From contig NC_071115.1 in NCBI RefSeq assembly GCF_024256425.1, forward strand, positions 12,526,746 to 12,590,745: a stretch of DNA of 64,000 bases, written 5' to 3'. Position 1 is the first letter of the stretch. Each line of letters opens with the position of its first letter. The DNA is from Clarias gariepinus. Taxonomy: Eukaryota. The notes beneath the pieces were generated by a model, which was given only the letters and a program-made list of their open reading frames with translations, was not told the DNA's origin and searched no databases. This document shows, in pieces, positions 37,382 through 50,345 of this stretch. A program made the position numbers and the translations under genes.

Positions 37382-37542
37382 CTCTCATTATCCTGGCGGA
37401 TGTAGGTGAGGGGTCCAACCTCAACCCGAGCAATGTTGGTGTTCTGATCCAACACATGGATGTAGTGGTGTGGAGGAATCCTGATGATTGAAGCGTCAGT
37501 AAGATCGCTGTGCTCCAGGTGACCTGCAGGTCTCTTCGACAT
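37382..37542 (-). CDS. mvp: mvp coding exon 1 (exon 2 37382-37545; ATG at 37542-37540)
   Basis: Translates [54 protein letters not shown], matching the MVP N-terminus ([16 protein letters not shown]...YIRQDNERV). Acceptor cag|ATCATG, Kozak A at -3; donor GAGAG|GTAACC; ends in phase 2. Confidence 0.9.
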
Positions 37543-40461
37543 GATCTGAGTGGGACAGAGGGGAGCGTTTATTGATTGTGAAGTCAATTATGTGTCAGCA
37601 ATCAATCAGTGATAAAACACTCAACCAAAATCTAACAGCATCCAGGGAGTAAAGTGCTGACTCTGATAAAGCATGTATCAACTTTTTAGCTATAATAAAA
37701 TACACAATTATTCAGCTAAAAGTAAAACAAAATAACATGCTACGTTATTGTAAATATACAGTATGCGGGATAATTATGTTAGCTAAAACTCCTGTAAATA
37801 CAAAAAGGTTGACTTGACCGTCAAATGACAGTAATTATACAGACAAGTGTACAAATAGAGATTTGAAAAACAGCAAAAAAAAAATTATTAATATTTTAAT
37901 TCTGATTTCTCTTACATAACAAGGTTTTAAAAAATGCTTTTAATCATGAAAACCATCTTGCTACATAATAAAAAAATTCTTTGTAATAGGCCATGTAATA
38001 TCTTTATTACCAGACACACCACAATTCTTATCTCTTTATAGCCACAGCAATATGATAAGGTTACTATGGAGGTGAACGTTGTAAGATAGGAAGACTGTGA
38101 ATGAGTGGGTCTCACTAGGGTTCACGGCGAACTTTGACTGTCAAACCTGATCACTGAACCACATAGCGAATTACATACATAAGCGTCTGTACAAAAAACA
38201 TGCACACACCCACACCTGCCTTTCGCAAGCCTAAGAACAAAGAAGATTGCATTTTGTTCCCAGCCCTAACTATACTTACTCAAATGGCCCAGTGCAAATA
38301 AAGGTAGCTAAATGACAAGGTAGTGTTTATTTGACCACCTGACATGTATAAATCATAAAAAGAAAAGAAATAGAGCAAAAGGGCTGGGCCAAGCATGACA
38401 TCGAGATCAAGAATTGCAGATAGACAGGTATGAATTATCAGTTTGTTTTATCATAACTCACCCATAAAACACATTGTCACTTAGTCAGTATGGACAACCA
38501 AATTTTGCTAGGGTTCAAACTGAATTTTCAAAATGACTAGCAAACTGTATTTTTGAAAATTTTGTGAAGTCAATTATTAAAAAAAAATTTTCTGAATGTG
38601 TAAAAGAAGGAGAATCCATCATGTGATTCTTAACGTTGCTGATTACATAATTATTAGTGAGCCTGCTAAGGATTTCTGCCTGCTACTTCTTTTTAAACAT
38701 AAGAGCCAGAAGCAATAGTATTCCATGTCTATGTTCATGACATTTAAGGAAACTTACATAGTTCACTTCTCATACGGCTTTTGTTGTTACTTTATTCTTG
38801 AAATCTGATTTGAAATATGTACCATGCTGATCAGGATTTAGTTCCAAGAAAAGAAAAAAACAACATATATAGATTATACTATTCAAAGTAATGTAAAAGC
38901 AAGACTCGTATGTCTAGATTTAACATTCTATGTAATGCATTAAAACAAGCATTTTAAAAAAGTTTTTAAATTTTTTTAATTTATGATTAAGCACGCATTT
39001 ATACATGTATAAAATACATGCACTTTCCTGTACATCAACTTGAATAAAAGAAATACTTTAACCACTTCCAGCACTTGGGTCATTCTACAGAAAAGGTGGA
39101 ATTTGGGTAATAAAAATCTCCTGAAATGCATTTCTTCTTTCACACCCAGAACTTTTTTTTCATAGCAATAACTTTCTTTTTAACTTCCACTTGAATCCAT
39201 AAAAAATAGAGCTTAATGCCTTTTTTTTAAACATACATTTAATGCTCGCTTTCTAGTAAAACCAATGGCAATTTCTGACAGTTATAATTATAAAAAGAGT
39301 AACACCAATGATGGACTTAAAAGCTTCGCATAGAATTGCGAAATAAATTATGACATTTTTAAATAAATTAAGACAGACATCAGACATACATTTCGCATTC
39401 GTCCAGTTCTCTCTATCTAGTGACCTCTGATGTAGCAACAATTTTAAATTGTCGGAAGTCTTTCAAAATAAAACGCCTGATGTCCAACAGTAACATCAAT
39501 TACATAGTTTGGGGTGACATATCTATTTCATATTATAAATTCCTCAGTTATTGTTTTACAATTTTGGTGTTTCACATATTTTTTAAGACATCAATGTTAT
39601 TGTGAAACAGATATATTTGATAAAAAAAAGCCTTTAGGTGAACAAGTACATAGTACCACTTTGATGTATAATCAAAGTGACAAAGCATTTCTTTGAACTT
39701 GGTCTCGCTTCAATTAAATACTGAACATTGAAAAGAGAGAGAATGTATTTCATGATTGTAAGTACATACTATATTTTCATATACATAGACAAGTAATGTG
39801 TCTGTTATGTTATATATGCCATTTAAATGATTTTGTCATCAGCAAACCTAAATCACAGGACTTTCCACCATCTTTGTGGAATGATTCAAACTCACGTGAT
39901 TTGTTTGTTTGTTTGTCTGTATTTTTTCCCTGTTACAAAATAAAACAAACACGGAAATACTAACCATGTATTAGAATAAACAAAGGCTGTAATTTATTTG
40001 GGGGTAACACAAGTCAAAGCGGTAATTAAAGAAAAACAAACGAAAGAAAGACGCTTCCGCATGGAGGACGGAGGTGTGGCACAGAGTAATGCAGCACAAC
40101 GTTTGCGCTTTATTAACTGATATAAACGGTACAGCCTATAGAATCCTTACAAAACAGGAGCTTTCATGTAGTTTTTTTAAAACAAACATCGAGTTATTAC
40201 AAGCTGTCTAGGTGACGTCGCTCATTTCACTTCCGTATTGCTAGCCTGCTCCGAGGCTGAGGCTAAATCTCCCGACTTTAATTCCTTTCATATTAACTGT
40301 GTATTAAATAAACAACCACATTACATAACTCTTAACCCTAACCGAAACGCGCACTTTTTCCAAATTACTGAGAGTTACGATGTCAACGCAGTTCAATTTG
40401 CTGTCAAAACATAACGCATAATGAAAATATTATAACAAATAAAATTAAAACCAGTACTTAC

Positions 40462-40610
40462 GGAGAATTTGGTGAAGGCGTCAAGGTTGGAGTGAATGGA
40501 AGGAGTTTGTGTCTGGAGTGCGGAGCAATCCTGTGTGTCAATCTCCTTAACCTGTGGGCGTGACGACGCTTTACGCCACATCACCTTCCGGGAAGCGAAA
40601 GAAAACGCTT
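40462..40610 (-). other. mvp: mvp 5' non-coding exon 1 (5' boundary approximate)
   Basis: Minus-strand exon ends AAATTCTCC|GTAAGT; the donor GT is at 40461-40460. It pairs with the acceptor cactcag just upstream of the ATG exon at 37545. A TATA-like/GC-box promoter lies immediately upstream (higher coordinates). Confidence 0.5.
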
Positions 40611-40870
40611 TTTCAGTACAACAGGTTTAAGAATAATGTATGTGTATATCGCATAATATATATGTGCTATTTCCCTCTCTCTCTTTCACTCTCTCTCTCT
40701 TTTTATATATGTGCTATTTCTGTAGGGCTGCGTTATATATATGCGGCTAAATCCGTACATCCATCTGGCAGTGTAGGAAAAGGGGAGGGGGGAGGGGGCG
40801 GGGGTCTGTGGGAAATCCCGGCAGTAACGTCACTTCCCGCGCAATGAGCAAAAAAAAAAAAAAATTTTGG
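40600..40870 (-). promoter_or_regulatory. mvp: mvp proximal promoter: GC boxes, palindromic NF-kB-like GGGAAATCCC (40810-40819), CRE half-site/ETS, TATA-like CATATATAAAAAG, (CT)n
   Basis: On the minus strand these read GGGAAGTGACGT, GGGATTTCCC and CCCGCCCCCTCCCC upstream of the ATATATAAAAAG and (GA)n stretch. A CTTCCGGAAG palindrome sits at the putative TSS, 40585-40600. Confidence 0.45.
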
Positions 40871-41169
40871 AAACCTGAGGAAAAAAAGTGAAAGTGCTCC
40901 TGAACTTAAACTTGGTGTCAGAACTCTGTTTATTTTTCTTAAATATACATGTAAATGAAAAAAAAAAAGCTGTGGGCATATTCTTGGGGTGTAAATTCGT
41001 GATTGAAAATGTATGACGTCACATTAATAATAATAATAATAACAATAGATTTTATTTATAATGCACTTTATATTTGAAGCAAATCTGAAAGTGCTACAAA
41101 TTATTTCAACCCAAAAGCTCTGATAAAAAGATTTAAGACCAGATCTAAAATAATCAACAGTTTGTGGCA

Positions 41170-41900
41170 TCCTCATATACATATGGAGAGCATCCATATC
41201 CATATCCAGGTGCCGCTGAGCAAAAAGCCTGATCTCCCATAGTATGAAGCTTGGTCTTCTGAGGTTTCAAAAGATGAACTGAGACAGAGCGGAGGTTGCG
41301 TGTAGATGTATGTGAAGTAACAAGTTCTTTGAGATAGGGAGAGGCATCCGCATAGATGCACTGGTGGATAAGAAGGGAAACCTTATATCCAATTCAATTC
41401 TGAATGAAACAGGGAGCCAATGAGGATGGGCCAAATTTACGTGCTTGCATCAGGATCCTATCAGTAGCGCAGTTTTGAATATACTGCAGCTTTTAAAGGC
41501 TTTTCCCAGAAGTCTCAAAGAGGAGTACATTGCAGAGTTCCAGCCTGAAGGAGAAAAACACATTGATTAACTTTTCCGCATCTGCAAATGTAAGTGCTGG
41601 ACGCAGTTTAGCAATGTTCCTGACGTGAAAGAAAGATGACTTACACAGATGTTTGATATGAGCCTCATATGTCAAATGAGAGTCTATTTTAAACCCGAGG
41701 TTAATAAAAGGTGTTGACAATGGGATATCCTGACCAATAAAGGTAATGCTAGTGATGCTAGATGTCTAAACCTGTCCAAAGTGTACCCCACCTCATACCC
41801 TAAGGCATCCTGTGACCCTGTACAGAACAAACAATATAGTTTTAAAAAACGAGACATTCCTTGGAAAACTGGGAGGCAGGTGGCAACCTTATTTCTCCAC
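41170..41900 (-). mobile_element. LINE-derived fragment (ORF2 C-terminal-like) with a SINE-core-like 3' segment
   Basis: Minus-frame translation reads ...DSHLTYEAHIKHLCKSSFFHVRNIAKLRPALTFADAEKLINVFFSFRLELCNVLL, a motif typical of fish non-LTR retrotransposon ORF2 tails. Adjacent cctgtccaaagtgtacccc matches the SINE core. Confidence 0.4.
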
Positions 41901-42782
41901 ACTCTGTGAACTTTTAAGATGCATTAAATACCTCTCTGTGATGAGCCTGTGGCTCCCTATCAAGATTGGCAGCAGCTAATATGTGCATCTGGTAATGTGG
42001 TATATGTTATTCAATGGCTTTTGTGTAAATTATTCAAGCACTTGTGCAAGGGGACAGGGCTAACCACTACACCAACGTGCCGCCCCAGAGTTTATAATTG
42101 CACCTTAGAAATGGTGTGTAAGAAATGGTGTGGGTGCTTAAAGAAGTTTTGCTTGACAAATCCAATGACTAGCTTTGCATAGAAGTGTACCACTTTAGTG
42201 CCCATGCTAACACTAACGTGGAACTAAAATAAGGAATTGAAGTTGAATTAAACTGTTAATATTAAGAGAATTTCAGTGATAGTTTTTTTCAATGGAGTGG
42301 CGAATGATATGTTGGGCTGAAAATATTACTAAGAAACTAGAAAACCTAGAAAAAACAGCCTGGTTTAATCACCAAAGGGTCACATCACCCGTCCAGTCCT
42401 GACATCACTACAAGTGACTTTGACATGTTTGGGCCTTTAAAAGAGTTCCTGGAAGGCCAGCATTTCAGACACAGCAGGCAATCTGATCATGGCTCTGGCG
42501 TACTGAATTTTTTTTTTTTTTACCTTAATGGTATCCAAGCACTGGTGAAAAATTGGCAGGTTTAAGAGATAGACTCAGCTTAAACATATGTACATGGCTT
42601 GATGCCTTGGGCCTACACTGGACCCACTCAAACCATCTGTAAAGGTTTAAAACACAAAGTAAAACCTTGTGCAGGCAGTACTGACACCCACACTACTATA
42701 ACAGAACATGTGTGTAGGCTGCTCACAAAACAAAATAAAATCCTCCACATGCCCCAGTTTATCAAATGTATGTGGACGGAAT

Positions 42783-42935
42783 AATGTGGTGGCATGTAGC
42801 TTAGTGGTAGGCACCATCACCTCACAGCTTTAAGGTCAAGGGTTTGATGCTCACTTCTAGTCTGAGTGCATAGAGTTTGCATGTACACCGCTTTGCTTTG
42901 TGGGTTTGTTCTAGGTACTCAGTTTAGGCCTAACC
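42783..42935 (+). mobile_element. SINE head fragment (tRNA-like)
   Basis: tggtggcatgtagcttagtggtaggcaccatcacctcacagctttaaggtcaagggtttgatgctc..gagtgcatagagtttgcatg. Confidence 0.55.
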
Positions 42936-43477
42936 ATTTTTTTGCTTTACTAAAATACTAACAATATGCAAACATCATACACAAAAGCTGCATACAGTCC
43001 TGTGCAAAAGTAAGTGCCCCCTCTTTTCATTCTATGATTTTTTTAAATGTAAAAACATACTGTAATAAAATCATATTATAGCAGCAGGTCTTAGTATTAC
43101 GGTAGGCAAATACAATCAGATGTTTTATAACCTTTTCCAGATTGATGTAAAGGAACAATTGCTTTGTTAAGCCCATTGCTCAGGTCTTTTCCTCTTGGCA
43201 TTGCGTTAACACACAACTGAATGCTCCAGGCCAGCCAGCTTTTATAGAGTACTACACACCTGCTGATAATTAATTAATGATGATTAGCAGCACCCACCTG
43301 GCTGCAACTTACCCTCTTAAATCCTGTGGAAGCAGTAAGAGGGTACTATTATATTTGACTTTATTTATGTGAAAATAAATAATGGCGCTATGAAAAAAGT
43401 TATATGCTGTTGTTCGTTTGAGGTTGTGTTTATTGAATACTAAGACCTGTTACAATCAGATAATTATTATTATTATA

Positions 43478-43483
<6 letters not shown>

Positions 43484-43510
<27 letters not shown>
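43484..43510. repeat. (CA)13 microsatellite
   Basis: acacacacac... Confidence 0.95.
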
Positions 43511-45479
43511 CCCTATAGAATAAATAAAAAGAGGGGGCACTATTTTTTTTACACACGACAGTATATAGAGAATACCAGAAAAATGACTAATTTTAAAAGC
43601 AGAGAGAGTGAGAGCAAAGACAAAAATATGAGAAAAAAAATGAATAACTATGTAACCTCTGTGTAACTATTTTTCTACACCAGATGGCAGTGTGTACATT
43701 TAGTTAAATCTGAATGAATGGCTGCTTAGGAGTTCTGATGGAAACAATGACATCAAATAAGTAGAACAGGGTTTTTTTCCCCCTCAGCTCAAATCATCTT
43801 TCAGTGGCCTCCTTGATGGTTTTGATCTCTCAGATCAAACATGCAGAGAGGAGCTGAATTAATTTAATTTTCAGAAAAGACCTTATTCAATTATGTTAGA
43901 AGAAGAAAGAAGGTTTTATTGGTCATATACACATGATATAGCAGACAGGATTAAGGGGTAAAGGGTCCCCCCCCCCAAAGTCGCAACTTGGTAGTGCTAC
44001 CTCTTGAACCCTTGCCCTTCTGCTCGGTAGACTAGAGTTTTAACCACCACTGCCAGTTATATTATATTTAAGCAATATCACATGAGAGGGAGTGATGTTG
44101 TGCTGATTATCGAGTTCCATAAAAATTCATTATTATGAACAGGTTATGAATTGTTTGTTTATTTATCCAGTTATTATTATATACAGAGAAGAAAGTAGTT
44201 TTGAATTCTCTCTGGTACTATGTAACCAAACCATGAAGGTGGTGGATGGAGTGGTAAATTTGGTAAAAAATGGTAAGTTTTTTTTTTTTATATATATATA
44301 TTTCCAGTTATTCTGCTTTAGAATATCAGCTATGGTAATTTACAGGTTTTTTGGGTTAAATCATCAAGACATGTTAAATGGAAATCTAGTGCACTTGTTC
44401 TTCATGTCAATTAGGGCCCTTGATTACCAAATAGAGAGAGATTTGGGATTCTGCCTTGTGGTAGAAGCTAGTTAGAGCTAGTTGTAGTTTCCTTAGTTGT
44501 AAATACAACACAGCTGATTATGAGACAACTTTGGAATGACTTAAAAGCAATTATTAAGTAATCAAAGTGTTGCTTAAGGTGACAATGGGATCAAAAGTGT
44601 TTTCTTGCTGAAATTTGCTTCCCAGACCGGTTGTAAATGTGAGTTTTGGCAGGCAGTGGCTCTCTCCTCAGTATTGCAGACCATACAGACCTACTTTCAC
44701 CTACAGAGACAGACGTCTATTATAATTAAAAAGTTTTTAGAACACGTTGAGTGATACATGTTGTTAAATGTGCCAGTGCTGTTACTGGCTATTAGCAAAC
44801 TCGTGGAGTGCCTCTCGTTCAATTAGATTGCTCAGTCGGAACTAACTTTTGTATAATATGTATCATCCAGTAAGTGTGTAGTCAGCTGTAACATTATCAG
44901 TTGCTCAATAACTAGCTCCACTCACATGCTTATTAGCATTCTCCGGCTGCCGCCTTAAAACAGCAACTGATTCCTCTCAGGAATCTGAGGCTACAGTAAG
45001 CATTGATTTATCTCCTGGTCCTTTTCCAGTCTTTAGCTGTTCAATTCCTGTAAGCCAATGTCTGGTCTAGCTTCAGATTCCTGCTCTTGCCTGACTATAC
45101 TGTAGTGTCATCTGACACGGTTCTCTGCCCTTCTCTGAGAATCTGCCTTGAGGTTTGATGTACAGGACATTCTGCAATACCAAAGTAGAAAAGGATGGCT
45201 TTATGAGTTCCCATAATCCTTCTGTCAGGAAGATCCAGAAAAATCCTGTCCATTCTCCTTTAACCGCTTAACAAGACATTTCTGCCTGCAAAACTGCCAC
45301 TCACTGGATGTTTTGACATCATTCTGTGTAAACTCTAGAAACTGTGGTGTAAAAATCCAAGCTGTTTCTGGGGAATAAAAATTCACATGTACAACATAAT
45401 ACAAATGAAATCTTTAGATTTTTTAAATATTTAAATAAACAAGTTTTTGGGAATAAATAAATATAGTATTTCTCACTTA

Positions 45480-45650
45480 ATCTTCATTTATACCACTTAA
45501 TCCTGTATACAGGGTCACAGGAGCCGATCCCAGAAAACTTGATGGATGCACCTTGGACAGGGTGCTACTTTATCACAGTGAGTAGACACATATACAGACA
45601 CTCACACACAGACAAATTGGGAATGCCAATTAGCCTAATCTGCAAGACAT
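45480..45650 (-). mobile_element. SINE fragment
   Basis: cctgtatacagggtcacaggagccgatcccag...ccttggacagggtgctac...aattgggaatgccaattagcctaatctgca. Confidence 0.6.
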
Positions 45651-47414
45651 CCAAGACACTTTCAACCTATCTGCTTTGGATGCTGTGTTAGACCACAGCA
45701 CATGTTTTGTGCAATGTCAAATGCTGGTGATTATAGCAGCAGACTAATAACCACAACATAACATAACATGCAACCCAAAATGTAACCCATGGCTTTGCCT
45801 GTGCAGAGGCATCCTCTCTTAAAGTGCTATCAAAGAGCTATTAATTTAACCTCTGTCCAGGGACTATTGCTTTTCATTTTCATCTCCCTTTCTTCCTTTG
45901 TCTTCCTGCTCATTTTTTAACCATGGATCCTTCGCCATACCATGAGATCATGTTGACTTGAACTTCTATATCATGTTGCGAGTGATGTAATGGAAAGTTT
46001 GAAATCTGATTCTAGTGGGTAGAGTGAGACACATCTTTAGGAATTTGATTTTAATTTGATTCCAAACCACGTCTGAATGTGGTTCAAATTGGATTTGCAA
46101 AAATCAGATTCAGTGTGGTTTTTTTCAGTGTTCAGACTACACGCAAGCAATATGATTCCGATCTGATTCCAATTTGGACATGCCAAAAATCAGATATGGG
46201 CTGGCAGTCTGAACAAGGCAAGTAAAAGGAATAAAAACTAATAGACTTTCAGTCATAAACAAAGTGTAAAGAGCCATTAATGCAACTGAAGTTGGTACAT
46301 TCTTAAAAAGAGGACATGCTCTGGTGACCTCAGCAACACCAAATGAAGCAACGAAAGAAAACTAATTTGAATTGGATTGAAATTCTTTGCAACATTTAGC
46401 CAAATCAAGAACACTGTAGAAGAGGTAGAAATATCATTGTACAAACCTATGTATATTCAAAAGACACCTTCATGAATGTCACCTTAAGTTGTAATAGCGC
46501 TAAATAAAAGCCTGTTTAATTTTAAAACAAGATCAAAACATGTTGCATCATCTTTTAAACATGACAGAGGCAGTGTTAAGGCATGAACATGTATGGCTGC
46601 CAATTGATCTGGGCCACTGGTGTTTATTGATAATGTGACTACTGATGGAAGTAATAGGATTGATTCTTCAGGGTATAAGTGCTTTACTTTCTGCTCAGAT
46701 TCAGTCAAATGCTGCCATGACATGTAGAACAAAACTTCACAGTACAATACAATGGTTACACAATACAATATGATTGATAATAGCCCAAAGTGTACAGAGA
46801 TAACTGAGTGCTTTTAAAGGTCCAAGTCATTCACCTGACCTCAACCCAACTTTTACTTGCTGAAGACAAAACAGCTCAACGGAGGCATTTTATTTCAGTA
46901 TTAGGTCGTGTACATGGGTTCCAGTTTTGAATTCATATATAAACTAACATTTTTGATTATGTTAGTGCATAATTACCATTGATCCTGTGAAAATGGACTT
47001 TATACATTTTGGCTGTAATTCCTGGCTGTAAATACTTAATGCAATATCTTTGTTAAACCTCTTGATTTAAATCTAAAACTCATCAATCTTGAGTGCTTCA
47101 TTTTAAATCTGTAAAGTGGTGGTGTACACAATACAATATGAAAATACTTATGGACCAGACTATAAGTCAAGTCTGACATTTACATTTAGGCATTTGGCAA
47201 ATCCAGAGCGACTTACAAAATGCAAGTTAAAGTTTCTGTCTTTGGATAGATCCTTACACTGGTTTACTAGGTTACTAGTGTAATAAATAAAAAATTAAAT
47301 TCAAATTGTATTTGTCATGTACACATCCATACACAGTATATGCAATGAAATACTTATATGATTGTCTAGGACCTAAAATGGAAAGATAGATTACTTTTCC
47401 AAAAAAAAAATCAA

Positions 47415-47650
47415 ATTATTTCCTCCGGGTACTCCAGTTTCCTCCCACAGTCCAAAGACATGTAGGTTAGGTTAATTGGTGTTCTCAAATTGCCTGTAGT
47501 GTGTGAATCGGTGTGTGAGTGAGTGTATGTGTGTGTGCCCTGCGATGGATTGGCGCCCTGTCCAGAGTGTGCCCTAAGTCTCCTGGGATACTGTAGGCTT
47601 CGGGCCCCCGCAACCCTGAAAACAGGATTAAGTGATAATGACGATGAGTA
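47415..47650 (+). mobile_element. SINE copy (5' truncated)
   Basis: tttcctccgggtactccagtttcctcccacagtccaaagacatgtaggttaggttaattgg...gtgtgccctgcgatggattggcgccctgtccagagtgtgccc. Confidence 0.7.
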
Positions 47651-48518
47651 AGTGAGAGCATACAAATGAACAAAAATGAATTTGTTTGATAAACAAATAA
47701 AAATAAAATTAAAAAAAAATTTATACAATTATATAAATGACACAGGATATACAGAAAGTGCAAAATGTTAGTGTAAACTGCGAGGTATAAAATATAACTA
47801 AGTATATAGTAGGATAAAAATATGGTGTTTGGGTACGATCCAGTCATATGATTGAAACATTAAGAATTGAAATAATGTGTGTGTCAGTAGCTGTGTTATT
47901 GTCCATGTTTCTAGGTCTTCATTTTATGTCTAAATGAATAGTGTAGACACACAAACAAGAAATGTGTAACACATGAGCAGTGTGCAAATGTGCAACATAG
48001 CGACAGTATGTGCTACATCATGACTCTGATGTGTAAGTATGAATGTAGTATGTGTGTGTATTTATGGTGTGAAGGATATGGTAATACCTCAAGCTGCTGT
48101 CTGGAACAACAATAATACATAAAATTAAATACTAATAAGACAAATATTCCATGCAGCAGTATTATATTTTGGACACGGGTCGTCTTGTGTCGCCTCCTTT
48201 GTAATGCAAACTACTGCATTATGAATTGCGTTATTAAAAGCCTATTTACCCGACTCAGTACACGACTGCCTATTTCCAGCCTTTAAAAAAATCACAGAAA
48301 ATTCCTTCATCAATCATATTGTTCTTATTGATGGCCACAGCACAAAACACACCACGGAAGATGCTGAACATCACAATACTGAAACATTACGATGGCGAGA
48401 ACAGCCAAGGAAGAAACGATGCAACTGTATTATTCTGTCATTCCAATCACGCTGCTGGGATGAGGGGTATTTTTCCTTCTGCAGTCCATGACAGGTTTAT
48501 TTAGACCTCTCTTATCGA

Positions 48519-48519
48519 T

Positions 48520-48556
<37 letters not shown>
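48519..48556. repeat. (CA)19 microsatellite
   Basis: cacacacaca... Confidence 0.95.
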
Positions 48557-48561
<5 letters not shown>

Positions 48562-49224
48562 TAGCGCAGAGAAGAGGAAAGAAGGAGAAACAGTTCATGC
48601 TGCATGTTACAGTATATACTGTATTCAGGTGCAGACTGAATAAAATATTCATGCTTTTCTTTAAGCATTATTCACAAGATTCAACTTTTATTTTGTTAAC
48701 TAGACAGTTCGCTCTTACTGTATTTTAAGGCTTTTGCGTTCTATCTTATAATGAACTGTGGTACTGTCCAAATACGGTTTACACTAGTATGTGTAAGGAC
48801 ATAATATAGAAATGTTCATTCTTTCTCTGTGGATTGTTCACATGAAAAATGTGAGTCCCATTGAAGCATGTTTTCCCTCATGGTAAATTTAGTCACTGGC
48901 TATATATGAATATTTTATTTACTCTGCTCTGTATGTGTGTGAATTCATGAGAGAGCAAGTGATCTACTGACAAAGAAATAGGGAGAAGAATGGCAGAAAG
49001 AAGGGGGGATAGTGACACAAGAAGAGAAGGAGAGAGAGACACACAGAGAGAGAAACTGTGATGGCACTGAATAAACTCATGGAGAAAAAGAACATCACTG
49101 GCATTTTTCTTGTGCATGTTCAAGCTGTGTTCTTCTCCATGGGATGTGTTTTTATTGGTATTCCCTTGATACGCACTCTCTGACAGGTGATGCACAAGCT
49201 GTGGACCAGCTAACTAAGTGTAAT

Positions 49225-50345
49225 ATTAACAAGCTAGGCTACATTCATATGTAAAGGCTATCTAAACACACATAATGTACATCTTATCGAATCACAAAAA
49301 AACTAAACCCAATCAAATCACACATAATATATACCTAATCTAATCACACCTAATCTAATAACAAATAAACTAATCACACATAATATATACTTAATCTAAT
49401 CACACATAATGTACACCTAATCTAACCACACATAATCTACACCCAATCTAATCACACCTAATCTAATAACATATAATCTACACATAATCTAATCACACAT
49501 AATCTACACCTAATCTAATCACACCTAATCTAATCACCCATTATGTACACCTACTGTAATCTAATAACATATAATCTACACATAATCTAATCACACAATA
49601 TATACTTAATCTAACCACACATAATCTACACCTAATCTAATAACATATAATCTAATCACACATAATATATACTTAATCTAATCACACATAATCTACACCT
49701 AATCTAATCACACCTAATCTAATCACCCATTATGTACACCTACTGTAATCTAATAACATATAATCTACACATAATCTAATTACACAATATATACTTAATC
49801 TAACCACACATAATCTACACCTAATCTAATAACATATAATCTAATCACACATAATATATACTTAATCTAATCACACATAATCTACACCTAATCTAATCAC
49901 ACCTAATCTAATCACCCATTATGTACACCTACTGTAATCTAATAACATATAATCTACACATAATCTAATCACACAATATATACTTAATCTAACCACACAT
50001 AATCTACACCTAATCTAATAACATATAATCTAATCACACATAATATATACTTAATCTAATTACACATAATCTACACCTAATCTAATCACACCTAATCTAA
50101 TCACCCATTATGTACACATAATCTACACATAATCTAATCACACATAATATATACTTAATCTAATCACACATAATGTACACCTAATTTAACTACACATAAT
50201 CTACATCTAATCTAATTACACCTAATCTAAACCTTATCTAATCACACATAATTTACAAATAACCTCATCACACATAATATGCACATAATCTAGTCATACA
50301 TAATATAACAACAGATAATCTATACCTAATTTCATCACATATAAT
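49225..50345. repeat. Tandem satellite with 189-bp higher-order period built from about 12-bp subunits (cacataatctac / acctaatctaat)
   Basis: The marker cacccattatgtacac recurs at 49535, 49724, 49913 and 50102, exactly 189 bp apart. The flanks are degenerate copies of the same short motif. Confidence 0.85.

Noticed and set aside
37378-37587. Track ORF extending mvp upstream of the ATG ([15 protein letters not shown]...)
   Set aside because: An acceptor cactcag| lies 3 nt before the ATG. Upstream of it is intron 1. The MVP alignment begins at MSKRPAG.
45900-46250. Cluster of short inverted repeats (gtctgaa...ttcagac, aatcagattc...gattccaa)
   Set aside because: It may be a small foldback element. 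The termini and TSD could not be defined by eye, so it is not called.
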